A stretch of 64,000 nucleotides of DNA from Pelagibacteraceae bacterium. Its GTDB lineage: Bacteria > Pseudomonadota > Alphaproteobacteria > Pelagibacterales > Pelagibacteraceae. The notes under the pieces are model-generated. The model did no database searches and was not told where the DNA came from. It saw only the letters and a program-made list of their open reading frames with translations. The stretch covers positions 19,802 through 83,801 of the forward strand of contig VTPO01000002.1 of assembly GCA_008638205.1 (NCBI GenBank), in the 5' to 3' direction. Below, one piece after another: positions 39,945-50,170 of this stretch (the first letter of the stretch is position 1; every line of letters begins with the position of its first letter). The position numbers and the translations under genes were made by a program.

Positions 39945-40585
39945 TTAAGATTTTACAATAACTAAAAAATTAACCTTATTTCCTAACTTTTTGGCTCTTA
40001 AAAAGTATTTTGTTTGGCCAAGGTGTTTTACGTCTATTTTTTTGTGAACAATTGGGATTTTTTTAAAATCTTTACTGTACAAACAGTCCTGAACAGATTC
40101 AAAATAATCCTGATTGTCTGTAGCAAAATATAGCTTCCCATTTTTATCTAGTCTTTTTACAATATTCTTTAAAAAAGGCAGCTTAACAAGTCTACGCTTG
40201 TGATGTTTTTTTTTATGCCAAGGATCGGGGAATAAAATAAAAATTTCTTTAAAGAAAATTTTTTTATACTTTTCTAAAAATTTTTCTACTGGATCGGGAT
40301 AAACTAAGATGTTGTCTATGTTTTGTTTAACGCAGCTATAGATTACACTGGCTACTCCATTAAGGAAAGGTTCTATGCCAACAATCTGGCTCTTCAAATT
40401 ATTCTTTGATAATTCAATCAAATTATGGCCCATGCCGAATCCTATTTCTAAAATATTGGGAGTGGATTTTTTTATTTTTTTTAAATTAAACTGAAAATTT
40501 TTAATATTTTCGTCTAGAATTTTTTTTTTTCTAACGAAATTTTACGAGACTGAATTCGTCCAAAGAATATTTTTTTTTTAATCAC
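39945..40585 (-). pseudogene. trmB: tRNA (guanine-N7)-methyltransferase TrmB, frameshifted in an A11 run as assembled
   Basis: GTG 40585 gives [22 protein letters not shown] then a stop. The next frame gives ILDENIK...LEIGFGMG...FPDPWHKKKHHKRR...ATD. Span is 641 nt (3n+2). The break is at T11, 40520-40530. Confidence 0.8.
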
Positions 40586-41748
40586 TACACTTCTTTTTTG
40601 AAAATATTTACCATATCTGTTTTTTCCCAGCTAAACGAACCATCTGCTTCTGGAGTTCTCCCAAAATGTCCGTATGCCGCTGTTTTTTTATAAATTGGTT
40701 TATTTAATTCTAATTTATTTCTTATTCCTCTTGGGCTTAAATCAAAATTATCTTGGATAACTTTTATAATTTGATCTACTAATTTTTGATCTTCTTGAAA
40801 AATATCTAAATAAATAGAAAGTGGTTGAGAAACTCCAATTGCATACGACAATTGAATCACTGCTTTATCTACGATTCCTGATGCAACTATATTCTTTGCT
40901 AAATATCTAGCTGCGTACGCTGCAGATCGGTCTACTTTACTAGGATCTTTTCCTGAAAATGCTCCACCACCATGTAATGCTGCTCCACCATACGTATCAA
41001 CTATAATTTTTCGACCTGTTAATCCCGTATCACCATCCGGTCCACCAATGACAAACTTTCCAGTTGGGTTGACATAAAACTGATCTTCTGGGCAAGACCA
41101 ATCTTTTGGAAGAATTTTTTTTACATAAGGCCTAATCATTTCTTTTACTTCATTCTGACCAATCGATTCATCGTGTTGCGAAGAAATTACTACTGAACTC
41201 ACACCTATGGGCTTGCAGTTTTCATAAACAACGGAGATTTGACTTTTTGAATCTGGACCTAATAATTTTAAATCACCACTTTTTCTTGCGATTGCCATTT
41301 CTTTTAAAATTTTATGAGAATAGGTAATTGGTGCTGGCATTAATTCCTCAGTCTCATTGCATGCGTATCCAAACATGATTCCCTGATCTCCAGCTCCCTC
41401 ATCTTTCTCATTCCCGCTAGAATCTACGCCTTGGGCAATATCTGCTGACTGCTCATGTAAATAATTAAAAAATTCAAAGTTTTTCCAATGAAAGTTTTTT
41501 TGCTCATAGCCTATATTTTTTATCTGCTCTCTTACAGCTTGCTCAATAACCTGAGAGTCAATTTTTGGACCTCTAATTTCTCCAGAAAGGATAATTTTAT
41601 TAGTAGTTGCAAGCGTTTCGCAGGCAACTCTACTTTCATTAAACTCTGAGAGATATAGATCTAAAATAGTATCTGAAGTAATGTCACATACCTTGTCTGG
41701 ATGACCTTCTGAAACCGATTCACTTGTAAATATATAATTTTTATTCAT
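40585..41748 (-). CDS. metK: S-adenosylmethionine synthetase
   Basis: [19 protein letters not shown] and [16 protein letters not shown]. Real start ATG 41748; the ORF track extends to 41823 within lnt. Confidence 0.98.
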   Translation of the reverse strand: MNKNYIFTSESVSEGHPDKVCDITSDTILDLYLSEFNESRVACETLATTNKIILSGEIRGPKIDSQVIEQAVREQIKNIGYEQKNFHWKNFEFFNYLHEQSADIAQGVDSSGNEKDEGAGDQGIMFGYACNETEELMPAPITYSHKILKEMAIARKSGDLKLLGPDSKSQISVVYENCKPIGVSSVVISSQHDESIGQNEVKEMIRPYVKKILPKDWSCPEDQFYVNPTGKFVIGGPDGDTGLTGRKIIVDTYGGAALHGGGAFSGKDPSKVDRSAAYAARYLAKNIVASGIVDKAVIQLSYAIGVSQPLSIYLDIFQEDQKLVDQIIKVIQDNFDLSPRGIRNKLELNKPIYKKTAAYGHFGRTPEADGSFSWEKTDMVNIFKKEV

Positions 41749-43261
41749 TGGTTTTTCTAAAAAGAAAGATGAATACACAACTAACAAAAGTAAGTAAATA
41801 AAAAATAGTATTTTCAAACTCACTAAACAGTGTTTTTTTATTTAACTTATAGATATCTACAACAATACTTGATTGATTGGCAAAATCAGTAGTTTTAGCC
41901 AATCTACCATTGGGCAGTATACTGCTAGTTAGACCTTGGTTGGTTGATCTGACTACCTGCTTACCTTGCTCTATGGCTCTATATTTAGAGTGAACAAAGT
42001 GCTGAATAGTACCAATCGAACGATTGAACCAACCATCTTCCGAAATATTTAAAATAAAATCATACTCCTTTTGCTCAGTATCAATTGATCCAGAAAAAAT
42101 AATTTCATAACAAATCAAAGGTAAAAATTTAATATTATTAATATTTAATGTGACTGGGTTTCTTTTTTTTCCTTTGGAAAAAGAACCATACCCAAATGTA
42201 ATTTTTTTAAGATTTATTTTTTCAAGTAAGTTGTAAAAAGGAATGACCTCGCCAAAAGGAACTAAATTAATTTTGTCATAACTTGAAAGTATTTCAGCCT
42301 GATTATTAAGCAGTACAAGACTATTATAAAACTTATTTCCTTCGTAACGAACAGAGCCTAGTACAATGTTATGATTGTTAGAAAAATTATCATAAAAAAG
42401 CTTTTTATAATTTTTAGAATTATCGAGATTAGACAAGATTCCCTCGGGCCAAACAAATAGCGCTTGGGTATCTTTATACATTTTTGGTTTACTAATATTA
42501 ATTAACCGATTGACATAATGTTCTTCATTATTGGCTAAAGTTAAATCTATTATTTTTTGGTTTGGTTGAAGCAACACCACTTTAAAATTAGGAATTCTTT
42601 TTAAGTGGTTATTATTAATTGTGCTTTGGCCAAAAAAGAAATTTACACAAAGTATAAAAGCTATAGACGAAATAACTATAAATAATTTTTTGTAGTGAAA
42701 ATGTTTCAAAACAAGAAATGGAAGACAAAAAATAAATATTGTAAATAAATTAAAAGAATAGGTTCCGACAAAACCTAATATTTGAAGGCTTTCTAACGAC
42801 CAGCTCCAAGTATACGCAAATAAATTCCAAGGAAAATCAAAAAAAAGATTGCCCCTCAAAAAATCTAATGTTGAAAGCGTAACTGAAAAAACAACAATAA
42901 AATAAAAATTATTTGTAATCGTATTCTTAATTAACATACTTGCTAACCCATAAAAAATAGCAACTACTGATGGCAAAACCACTAGCGTTAATGGTTTTAA
43001 AATAGCCAAGTTGTCATCGAAATTTAGGGAGTATGTAATCCAGTATAGGCTAAATAAAAAATAACCATAACCAAATAAAAATCCGATATAAAAAATTGAT
43101 TTTCTCGTTTGATCTCTATTTGCAAATAATAAGTATAATAATGTGGGGAAAATTAAAAAACCTAATGCAGTATAGCTGTAAGGAGGAAGGATTAACGAGA
43201 GAACACTGCCAAGAGAAAAAGATACTAAATATTTATTTTTCTTAAAAAGAAAATTTTTCAT
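41741..43261 (-). CDS. lnt: Apolipoprotein N-acyltransferase
   Basis: FPWNL, catalytic triad in [15 protein letters not shown] and ICYE. Confidence 0.95.
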   Translation of the reverse strand: MKNFLFKKNKYLVSFSLGSVLSLILPPYSYTALGFLIFPTLLYLLFANRDQTRKSIFYIGFLFGYGYFLFSLYWITYSLNFDDNLAILKPLTLVVLPSVVAIFYGLASMLIKNTITNNFYFIVVFSVTLSTLDFLRGNLFFDFPWNLFAYTWSWSLESLQILGFVGTYSFNLFTIFIFCLPFLVLKHFHYKKLFIVISSIAFILCVNFFFGQSTINNNHLKRIPNFKVVLLQPNQKIIDLTLANNEEHYVNRLINISKPKMYKDTQALFVWPEGILSNLDNSKNYKKLFYDNFSNNHNIVLGSVRYEGNKFYNSLVLLNNQAEILSSYDKINLVPFGEVIPFYNLLEKINLKKITFGYGSFSKGKKRNPVTLNINNIKFLPLICYEIIFSGSIDTEQKEYDFILNISEDGWFNRSIGTIQHFVHSKYRAIEQGKQVVRSTNQGLTSSILPNGRLAKTTDFANQSSIVVDIYKLNKKTLFSEFENTIFYLLTFVSCVFIFLFRKTNE

Positions 43262-43263
43262 TT

Positions 43264-44106
43264 TTAAGATTTGGTAATCTTAAGAACTTTAATTTTTCTA
43301 GGGTCCGCATCTATAATTTCAAACGTATAATTGGGAATATCTTTTATAATTTCTCCCTTTTGTGGAACTCTGTTTACAGTGGAAAAAATATAACCACCAA
43401 GCGTATCTATGTTTTCGATTCCAAATTTAATATTTGTCTTTTTTTCAAATTCAGCTAATTCCATTGTAGCATTGGCGATAAAAGTATTTTCGTTAATTTT
43501 TTTAAATTCTGTTACGTCATCATGATCATGTTCATCTTGAATTTCTCCAACAATTTCCTCTACCAAGTCTTCAATCGTCAATAATCCATCGGTTCCACCA
43601 TGCTCGTCTATTACCAATGCCATATGTAGCTTTGTAGATTGCATTTTTAATAAAACATTTAAGATAGGCATTGAAGGCGGAACAAACAAAACATCTCGCA
43701 TAATTTTCTGCAAGTTAAAATCAGCTTGTAAATGATGGTTGGTAAAATTGATGAGGTCTTTTACATGCACCATCCCCATCACATCATCTAGATCTTTTCT
43801 ATAAATTGGAATTCTAGAATGAGATTCGGTGTTAATAATTTTAATTAAGCTATTAAAGTCAGAATCATAACTTGCACTAACAATTTCAGCTCTTGGTATC
43901 ATTATGTCAGCTGCTTTTAACTTGTTAATAGTTAGTATATTTTCAAGAATTGTTTTTTCTTTATTCGATAGACCAGAGCTTCTATTCTCAGCCCCAGAAT
44001 TTTCGTCAATTGCATCTTGGATGCTTTCCCTTAAATTATTTTGTTCAGAAAAGCCTAAGGTTTTTTTTAATTTTTTGATAAAACTTTCTTGTTTAATTTG
44101 GGTCAT
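43264..44106 (-). CDS. corC: CBS-domain Mg/Co transport-associated protein (HlyC/CorC)
   Basis: MIPRAEI, HSRIPIY and VIDEHGGTDGLLTIEDLVEEIVGEI. Start 44106 overlaps the ybeY stop (ATGA). Confidence 0.88.
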   Translation of the reverse strand: MTQIKQESFIKKLKKTLGFSEQNNLRESIQDAIDENSGAENRSSGLSNKEKTILENILTINKLKAADIMIPRAEIVSASYDSDFNSLIKIINTESHSRIPIYRKDLDDVMGMVHVKDLINFTNHHLQADFNLQKIMRDVLFVPPSMPILNVLLKMQSTKLHMALVIDEHGGTDGLLTIEDLVEEIVGEIQDEHDHDDVTEFKKINENTFIANATMELAEFEKKTNIKFGIENIDTLGGYIFSTVNRVPQKGEIIKDIPNYTFEIIDADPRKIKVLKITKS

Positions 44107-44564
44107 ATAATAGCTAAAAGTTTTCTTTCCAATAAGTGCATCTCTTTGTAGTTTTTTAAATTGTCGTGCTCGTACCCAACTAGGTGCAAACATCCATGAA
44201 TAAATATTTTATTAACGTACTCTACAAAATTAGTTTTTTGTTTTTTTATGTAATCATATGAAAAAGCCAAATCTCCAAGATAAATGTTACCTATTGTAGG
44301 TAATTTTCTTTTTAAAAAAAAGTTTTTTTCATGGTATGGAAAAGATAACACATCTGTATCTTTTAAGGTTCTTCTGAAGTCTTTGTTTAGTTTTTTCATT
44401 TTAGTTTTATTAGTTAATAGTACTGATATTTCTAAATTTTTTTTTTTGCTTGTTCTGTCAATAGAAGAATAAATTTTTTTAACATTTTTTTTTAACATTT
44501 TTTCAATTGTAGGAATTTCTTTTTTCCACTTAGAATCTTCTACAATAATGTTGACTTTAAACAT
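44103..44564 (-). CDS. ybeY: rRNA maturation endoribonuclease YbeY
   Basis: TDVLSFP, LGDL and HGCLHLVGYEH. Confidence 0.95.
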   Translation of the reverse strand: MFKVNIIVEDSKWKKEIPTIEKMLKKNVKKIYSSIDRTSKKKNLEISVLLTNKTKMKKLNKDFRRTLKDTDVLSFPYHEKNFFLKRKLPTIGNIYLGDLAFSYDYIKKQKTNFVEYVNKIFIHGCLHLVGYEHDNLKNYKEMHLLERKLLAII

Positions 44565-45576
44565 CTAAAGAATTTTTTTTATAAGCTTCAATTATTTTTG
44601 AAACCAATGGATGTCTTTGCACGTCTAATGCATCAAATTTAACAATTTTTATTTCATCAATATTGCTTAGAACGTTAGCGGAATTCATTAATCCAGATAT
44701 TTTTGAATTCGGTAAATCAATTTGTGTGGGATCACCATTTACAACCATAGTAGTATTTTTTCCTAGTCTTGTTAGAAACATTTTAATCTGAGTTTCTGTG
44801 GCATTTTGAGCTTCATCTAAAATAACATAAGAATCTTTTAAAGTTCGCCCGCGCATAAAAGCGAGTGGAGCTATTTCGATTGATCCATCTTCTATTTTTT
44901 TATTCATTTTATCATGTCCGAGAAGTTCACTTAAGGAATCGTACAAAGGAATTAAATAAGGATCAATTTTTTCTTTTAAGTCTCCTGGTAAAAAACCCAA
45001 ATTTTCCCCAGCCTCTACAGCTGGCCTTGATAAAATTATTTTATTTACCTCGCCTGAAATTAGCTTATGGACAGCCACTGCTACAGGTAAAAAAGTTTTT
45101 CCTGTACCGGCTGGTCCAATCGCATAGATAATATTATTGTTTTTTAAAATTTCTAAATATGTTTTTTGTTTTTCGGTTCTTGCATAAACAGTTTTCTTTG
45201 GTGTCTTGATGAAATAATTGCTATCACTATTTTTTTCTTCAAGATCGATGGTATCATTTTGAGAATCCTTAGATGTAAAGCTATATAAAGACTTAACATC
45301 CTCATCATCAATATGATTTTTTTCTAACGATTTTTTTAATAACTTATTGACCACACTAGTAATAATATTTGTGTCTTTTTTTTTTCCTTTTATTGTAATC
45401 AAATTCCCCCTTAGACTAATCTTAGTGTTTGATATTTTTTCTAATAAAATAAAATTTTCATCGTGGGTTCCACTTATTTTGGTTAAAGAATGATTATTTT
45501 TAACCTGGATATTCACAGTATCATTACCCGAATCCAAAATTTGCAAAAAGTTATTTGATAAAACTGGCTTACCCAT
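44557..45576 (-). CDS. phoH: PhoH-family ATPase
   Basis: GPAGTGKT, RPAVEAGE, APLAFMRGRT and DEAQN. Confidence 0.95.
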   Translation of the reverse strand: MGKPVLSNNFLQILDSGNDTVNIQVKNNHSLTKISGTHDENFILLEKISNTKISLRGNLITIKGKKKDTNIITSVVNKLLKKSLEKNHIDDEDVKSLYSFTSKDSQNDTIDLEEKNSDSNYFIKTPKKTVYARTEKQKTYLEILKNNNIIYAIGPAGTGKTFLPVAVAVHKLISGEVNKIILSRPAVEAGENLGFLPGDLKEKIDPYLIPLYDSLSELLGHDKMNKKIEDGSIEIAPLAFMRGRTLKDSYVILDEAQNATETQIKMFLTRLGKNTTMVVNGDPTQIDLPNSKISGLMNSANVLSNIDEIKIVKFDALDVQRHPLVSKIIEAYKKNSLDV

Positions 45577-46889
45577 TAATTGCTATCGACAGTGCCCCAT
45601 AAATTGTGTCTGTTGCTAGATTTAACTTCAATAATTTCTATTTGTCCTGGAGTGCATTTGTTACCTTCTATAAATACAGGCTGCATATATTCATTTCTAC
45701 CAAAAAACTGATTCCCTTTTTTTGTAATATTTTCTACTAATACTTTAGTTTTTGAATTAACCTTACTATCATTAAATTTTCTTTGTAAATCAAACAGTTT
45801 ATTTTGTAATATTTGCAGTCTATTGGCACTGACTTCTTTTGGTATTTGATCAAAGTCTACTGCAGGAGTTCCTGGTCTTTGGCTATAAACGAACGAGTAG
45901 GAATTAGAAAACTTTACCTTATCTACAAGATCCAAAGTATCCTCAAAATCTTTTTCTGTTTCACCTGGATACCCTACGATAAAATCACTAGAAAATTCAA
46001 TATCTTTTTTAATATCCCTGAATTTGTCTATTAATTTTAAATAAAATTCCCTTGTATGTTTTCTGTTCATAGATTCTAAAATTTTATTAGATCCAGACTG
46101 CACTGGCAAATGCAGCTGTGGCATAAGTTTATCTTGGTATTTAAATGCATTGATAAGATCTTCGTCAAAATCATTTGGGTGCGAGGTGGTAAATCTAATC
46201 CTTTCCAATTTTTTTATACAAGAAACTTTTTCAATTAATCTAGAAAGATTGGTGTCTTTGTTTTTATAACTACTTACATTTTGACCTAATAAAATTATTT
46301 CTCTTGTTCCACTATCAACTAGGCCTTGCACTTCATTATATATTTGATCGGGACATCGAGAAAATTCTGGACCTCTTGTGTAAGGCACAACACAAAATTT
46401 ACAAAATTTATCACATCCTTCTTGTATGGTGATAAAAGAAGAAACTTTAGATGAAATATTTTTATAATTTTCCAGAGAATCAAATTTATCCGAAACATCT
46501 AGATTTGTGTTGAAGCTTTTAGTTTTGTTGCTTTGATAATTTTTTATTAACTCTGGAAGCTTATGATAAGCTTGAGGTCCAACAACTATGTCCACAAAAT
46601 CACTTTTTTCAAATACCATTGAGGATTCAGCCTGTGCAACACATCCAGCTAACACAAATAATGGTTTTGATTGTTTGTCTCTTAGAATTTTTTTTATTTT
46701 ACCTATATCAGAATAAACTTTTTGGGTTGCCTTTTCTCTTATATGGCATGTATTAAATATAAAGCAGTCTGCTTTCTCCACCTCTTCAATTCTTTTATAA
46801 TCAATCGTAGAAAGTAAATCTGCAATACGATTGGAATCGTATTCATTCATTTGACAACCGAAAGTTTTTATTACAAAATTTTTAGACAA
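45576..46889 (-). CDS. miaB: tRNA-2-methylthio-N6-dimethylallyladenosine synthase
   Basis: TFGCQMN, NTCHIRE, radical-SAM CDKFCKFC and a TRAM domain. Confidence 0.96.
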   Translation of the reverse strand: MSKNFVIKTFGCQMNEYDSNRIADLLSTIDYKRIEEVEKADCFIFNTCHIREKATQKVYSDIGKIKKILRDKQSKPLFVLAGCVAQAESSMVFEKSDFVDIVVGPQAYHKLPELIKNYQSNKTKSFNTNLDVSDKFDSLENYKNISSKVSSFITIQEGCDKFCKFCVVPYTRGPEFSRCPDQIYNEVQGLVDSGTREIILLGQNVSSYKNKDTNLSRLIEKVSCIKKLERIRFTTSHPNDFDEDLINAFKYQDKLMPQLHLPVQSGSNKILESMNRKHTREFYLKLIDKFRDIKKDIEFSSDFIVGYPGETEKDFEDTLDLVDKVKFSNSYSFVYSQRPGTPAVDFDQIPKEVSANRLQILQNKLFDLQRKFNDSKVNSKTKVLVENITKKGNQFFGRNEYMQPVFIEGNKCTPGQIEIIEVKSSNRHNLWGTVDSN

Positions 46890-47333
46890 TTATTTTTTCT
46901 TTTTTTTACAGTATAGCTCTAATCTATGATCTACCAATTGATAACCAAGCCTATCAGCAATTTTTTTTTTTAGAATTTCAATCTCTTCGTCTACAAACTC
47001 TAAAATTTCTCCTGAGTTAATGTCAATCAAGTGGTCATGATGATTTTCTGTAACTGCTTCGTATCTCGATCTGCCTTCCTTAAATTCATGCTTATCGATA
47101 ATATTAGACTCTTCTAATAGTTTTACAGTTCTATACACAGTCGCAATACTAATTTTTTTATCTACTGTGATGGCGCGTTTATGAAGCTCATCTACATCAG
47201 GATGAAACTTGGTATCCATAATTGTTTCCTCTAAAAGCTTAACAATTACTTTTCTTTGGTCTGTGAGTCTCAAGCCTTTATCTGTACATTTTTTTTCTAG
47301 ATCGATGGCAAAAGGTGAGGTTTTATTTTCCAT
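46890..47333 (-). CDS. fur: Fur/Mur-family metalloregulator
   Basis: GLRLTDQR, HPDVDEL, SIATVYRT and HHDHLID. Start ATG 47333, or TTG 47348. Confidence 0.9.
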   Translation of the reverse strand: MENKTSPFAIDLEKKCTDKGLRLTDQRKVIVKLLEETIMDTKFHPDVDELHKRAITVDKKISIATVYRTVKLLEESNIIDKHEFKEGRSRYEAVTENHHDHLIDINSGEILEFVDEEIEILKKKIADRLGYQLVDHRLELYCKKKKK

Positions 47334-47344
47334 GTTACTAATTT

Positions 47345-47905
47345 TCAATAATTAGGTGTTATGTTTTTTTTAACAATCAATTTTTGTTTGATTAATAATT
47401 CAATTTCCTTGTGTGTGTATTTCAAGGGAATTAAATTATTCTTAAAAATACCATTGTATTCATAATTAGAAACAATTTTTTTCTTTCTTAAAAGACTGTC
47501 AAATTGCTTTTTTTCGAGCTGTTTACTCTTTTTAGTTATGTCTAAAAACTTTTTATTTATATTTAAAATCATCCTATTTGATCCTTCTTGTTTTTTATCA
47601 ATTATTTTACACAGATGGTAGTTTGAAATACCAATAAGTTTTATCTTTTTAATCATGGACAATACTTTCATGCAGCTCAGTATATTTCTTATACCGGCAT
47701 AACTTCCTGGTCCTAGATTAACTATAAGTAATTTTGCCTTGTGAAGTTGAATTGAATTTTTTTTTAGAATTAAATAAAAATCATTAGAGAAATTGTCGCT
47801 TTTTAAATATTTTTTTACTATAATTTTTTTTTTAATACTAAAATTTGATGTAATTATTAAAGAATTGAGAGTAGAATCTACTGATATGAAATTAGGAACA
47901 GTCAC
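47345..47905 (-). CDS. tsaB: TsaB (YeaZ)-like protein, divergent and short
   Basis: FISVDST resembles the ILAIDTS start motif, LGPGSYAGIR is the TsaB loop, and it occupies the canonical position upstream of fur-miaB. Confidence 0.7.
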   Translation of the reverse strand: MTVPNFISVDSTLNSLIITSNFSIKKKIIVKKYLKSDNFSNDFYLILKKNSIQLHKAKLLIVNLGPGSYAGIRNILSCMKVLSMIKKIKLIGISNYHLCKIIDKKQEGSNRMILNINKKFLDITKKSKQLEKKQFDSLLRKKKIVSNYEYNGIFKNNLIPLKYTHKEIELLIKQKLIVKKNITPNY

Positions 47906-48929
47906 TAAAAAAATTGCCTATCTTCTCATTATGTTTATGGGATTTAATTTACCAAATGTTTTTGCAGAAAATATTAAAGAAAAAGGCATTGTAACTTTAA
48001 TGTACCACAGATTTGAAGAAAACAAATATCCAACTACCAATATAAAAGTACATGACTTTAGAAAACAGATTGAACTTATAAAGAATTCTCAAAATAAATT
48101 CATTAATTTTGATCAGCTAAAAAGTATTTTAATTGATAAGCAAGCCTACACGGGAGGGAAAGTCTTAATAACTGTCGACGATGCGTTCCAATCTTTTTAC
48201 CAAAATGCCTGGCCTATTTTAAAAAAAGAAAATGTTCCTTTTATACTTTTTGTAAATACTCGTGAAATCAATGATCGCCATGCTAATTACATGTCTTGGG
48301 ACCAAATAAGAGAAGTGCACCAATCAGAAATTGGTACGATAGGGGCTCATAGCTTCAGCCATGAATATCTTGTGAAACTAAATCAGAAAGATATTGCACA
48401 AGATATAGAGCTTTCTCACCAGGATTATTTAAGAGAATTGGGATTTATTCCAGAAGTTTTTTCTTATCCTTTTGGAGAGTATAGTACTGAAATTAAAAAA
48501 TTAGTTAAAAAATCTAAATACAAAATAGCATTTGGACAACACTCTGGGGTAGTTCATCAGAAGGAAGATTTATTCGAGCTTCCAAGATTTCCAATTAATG
48601 AAGCTTATGGTAAAATAGACAGATTTAAATTTATTATCAACACAGTTCCATTGCCACACAAGTTTTATAAACCAGAGAACAAACTTATCACCTCCAATAA
48701 TCCCCCTGCTATTGAAATAGAATTCGTTGACAGTGTGAAAGGAATAAATTGCTTTTCTAATGAAGGTGGACAATGGGGACCTAGCGAAATTACTTTTTTA
48801 GAAAAAAATTGGATAAAAATTATTTTAAAAAAACCATTTAAGACAAGAAGAGGAAAAATAAATTGCACACTTAAATTGAGTGATGGAACATGGGGATGGT
48901 TTGGAAGACAATATGTTCTTAAAAATTAA
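47886..48929 (+). CDS. Secreted CE4 (NodB) polysaccharide deacetylase
   Basis: Signal peptide ending VFA; LMYHRF, TVDDAF, HSFSH, YPFGEY and LPRFP motifs. Start ATG 47886; the ORF track starts at 47793. Confidence 0.88.
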   Translation: MKLGTVTKKIAYLLIMFMGFNLPNVFAENIKEKGIVTLMYHRFEENKYPTTNIKVHDFRKQIELIKNSQNKFINFDQLKSILIDKQAYTGGKVLITVDDAFQSFYQNAWPILKKENVPFILFVNTREINDRHANYMSWDQIREVHQSEIGTIGAHSFSHEYLVKLNQKDIAQDIELSHQDYLRELGFIPEVFSYPFGEYSTEIKKLVKKSKYKIAFGQHSGVVHQKEDLFELPRFPINEAYGKIDRFKFIINTVPLPHKFYKPENKLITSNNPPAIEIEFVDSVKGINCFSNEGGQWGPSEITFLEKNWIKIILKKPFKTRRGKINCTLKLSDGTWGWFGRQYVLKN

Positions 48930-50164
48930 ACAATATTAGGCTTTTTCTTTTGGGATAGTACCGATTCATCAAAATCTGTAAGTGAATTTTGTTCAATAAT
49001 TTTTTTAAGCCTATGAACATAAACATCTCCAATTTCTGAATATTTATTTAGATATTGGGATAGCTCTAAGCCAAAAACTCTGTTTTTTTCTTTTCTCTGT
49101 ATTGCTCTAGCTTTCCTAAATTCATTATAACTTTGGTGTGTATTTAGATTTTTTTTATAGGAAGATATTGATGCTCTGATAATCTTAAAGCTCAACACTT
49201 CAAATTTTTGTTCTTCCCCTCGGTCATTTGGTACTATTCCTTTACCTTTTTTCCATGTTCTGGCTCCATACAAAGAATTTCCTTCCATCGCAAATCTAGA
49301 AGTTCCCCATCCTGTTTCATATGCGGCCTGCGCAATTGCTAAAGAAGGAGGTATCACGTCCATTCTTTTTTTTAGTTCCTCAATATCACCAGCTTTAACT
49401 TTGTACTCTTTAAATTTTTTATCTAACCAGACTGTTTCTTGCTCACTAAGTCTTTTTTCTCTGGATATCTGATTTAAATAATTTCTATCTTCTAGAATTT
49501 TATTATTTTCATAAATAACTAAGGGCAGAATAACTTTTATAAAAAGTTTCTTTCTATCTCCTATGTTGTCTATATTGGCGATACCAGTAGGTAATTTTGA
49601 TAAAAAAACAGGGTCTACTGCTTTTCCCTGTCTAATATCTTTTAAATTATAATTTTCCTCTTCAAAAAGACTTATGATAGTTCTTGCACTGATATTATTT
49701 CCAAATCCTAAAATTTGCCTGTCTGAATATTCTGAAGGTTTCTGTTCATTTCTTTTTTTACTAACTGGTTTCTTATTAGTAACATATAGGTTTTCATCAA
49801 TTGCTAAAATGTCTTGTTTTAAATAAATATTTTCAATTATTTTTCTATCATTATCAATTTTCGTAAAAGTAGAATTTTGAAAATCTGGCTTATATAAAAT
49901 GGCAAATATAAAAAAGGCAACCACACTTCCCTTGGCATAGCTATAATCGTAATGTTTTTTTAGTGGTCCAGTTAGACGATGTCTAGACTTTCCAAGAATA
50001 TTATTATTAAATCTTTTGAAGATATCAATAAAGTCAATAAATTTTTCAAAGACTCTTTTAATTTTTTTTTTAATTAATTTTCTTCGGTAAGCAAGATTAT
50101 CCTTAAGCCTTAATATACTTAAATTAATTTTTCTTTTCAATTTTGACAAATATGAACGGCTCAT
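48926..50164 (-). CDS. Membrane-anchored GH73 glucosaminidase (Bax-like)
   Basis: Basic N-terminus and one TM helix, then AIAQAAYETGWGTSRF..GNSLYG, NLNTH.SY..FR and YSEIG. Confidence 0.85.
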   Translation of the reverse strand: MSRSYLSKLKRKINLSILRLKDNLAYRRKLIKKKIKRVFEKFIDFIDIFKRFNNNILGKSRHRLTGPLKKHYDYSYAKGSVVAFFIFAILYKPDFQNSTFTKIDNDRKIIENIYLKQDILAIDENLYVTNKKPVSKKRNEQKPSEYSDRQILGFGNNISARTIISLFEEENYNLKDIRQGKAVDPVFLSKLPTGIANIDNIGDRKKLFIKVILPLVIYENNKILEDRNYLNQISREKRLSEQETVWLDKKFKEYKVKAGDIEELKKRMDVIPPSLAIAQAAYETGWGTSRFAMEGNSLYGARTWKKGKGIVPNDRGEEQKFEVLSFKIIRASISSYKKNLNTHQSYNEFRKARAIQRKEKNRVFGLELSQYLNKYSEIGDVYVHRLKKIIEQNSLTDFDESVLSQKKKPNIV

Positions 50165-50170
50165 GTGAAG

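Noticed and set aside
41749-41823. Hydrophobic N-terminal extension of MetK in the ORF track
   Set aside because: It is an alternate frame of the lnt 3' end; the conserved MetK sequence starts at ATG 41748.
47793-47885. Long N-terminal extension of the deacetylase, and similar extensions on dnaA, maeB, corC, chvG and the DHS-like gene
   Set aside because: These arise from first-start calling; conserved domains, signal peptides or stop-start coupling support the downstream starts.
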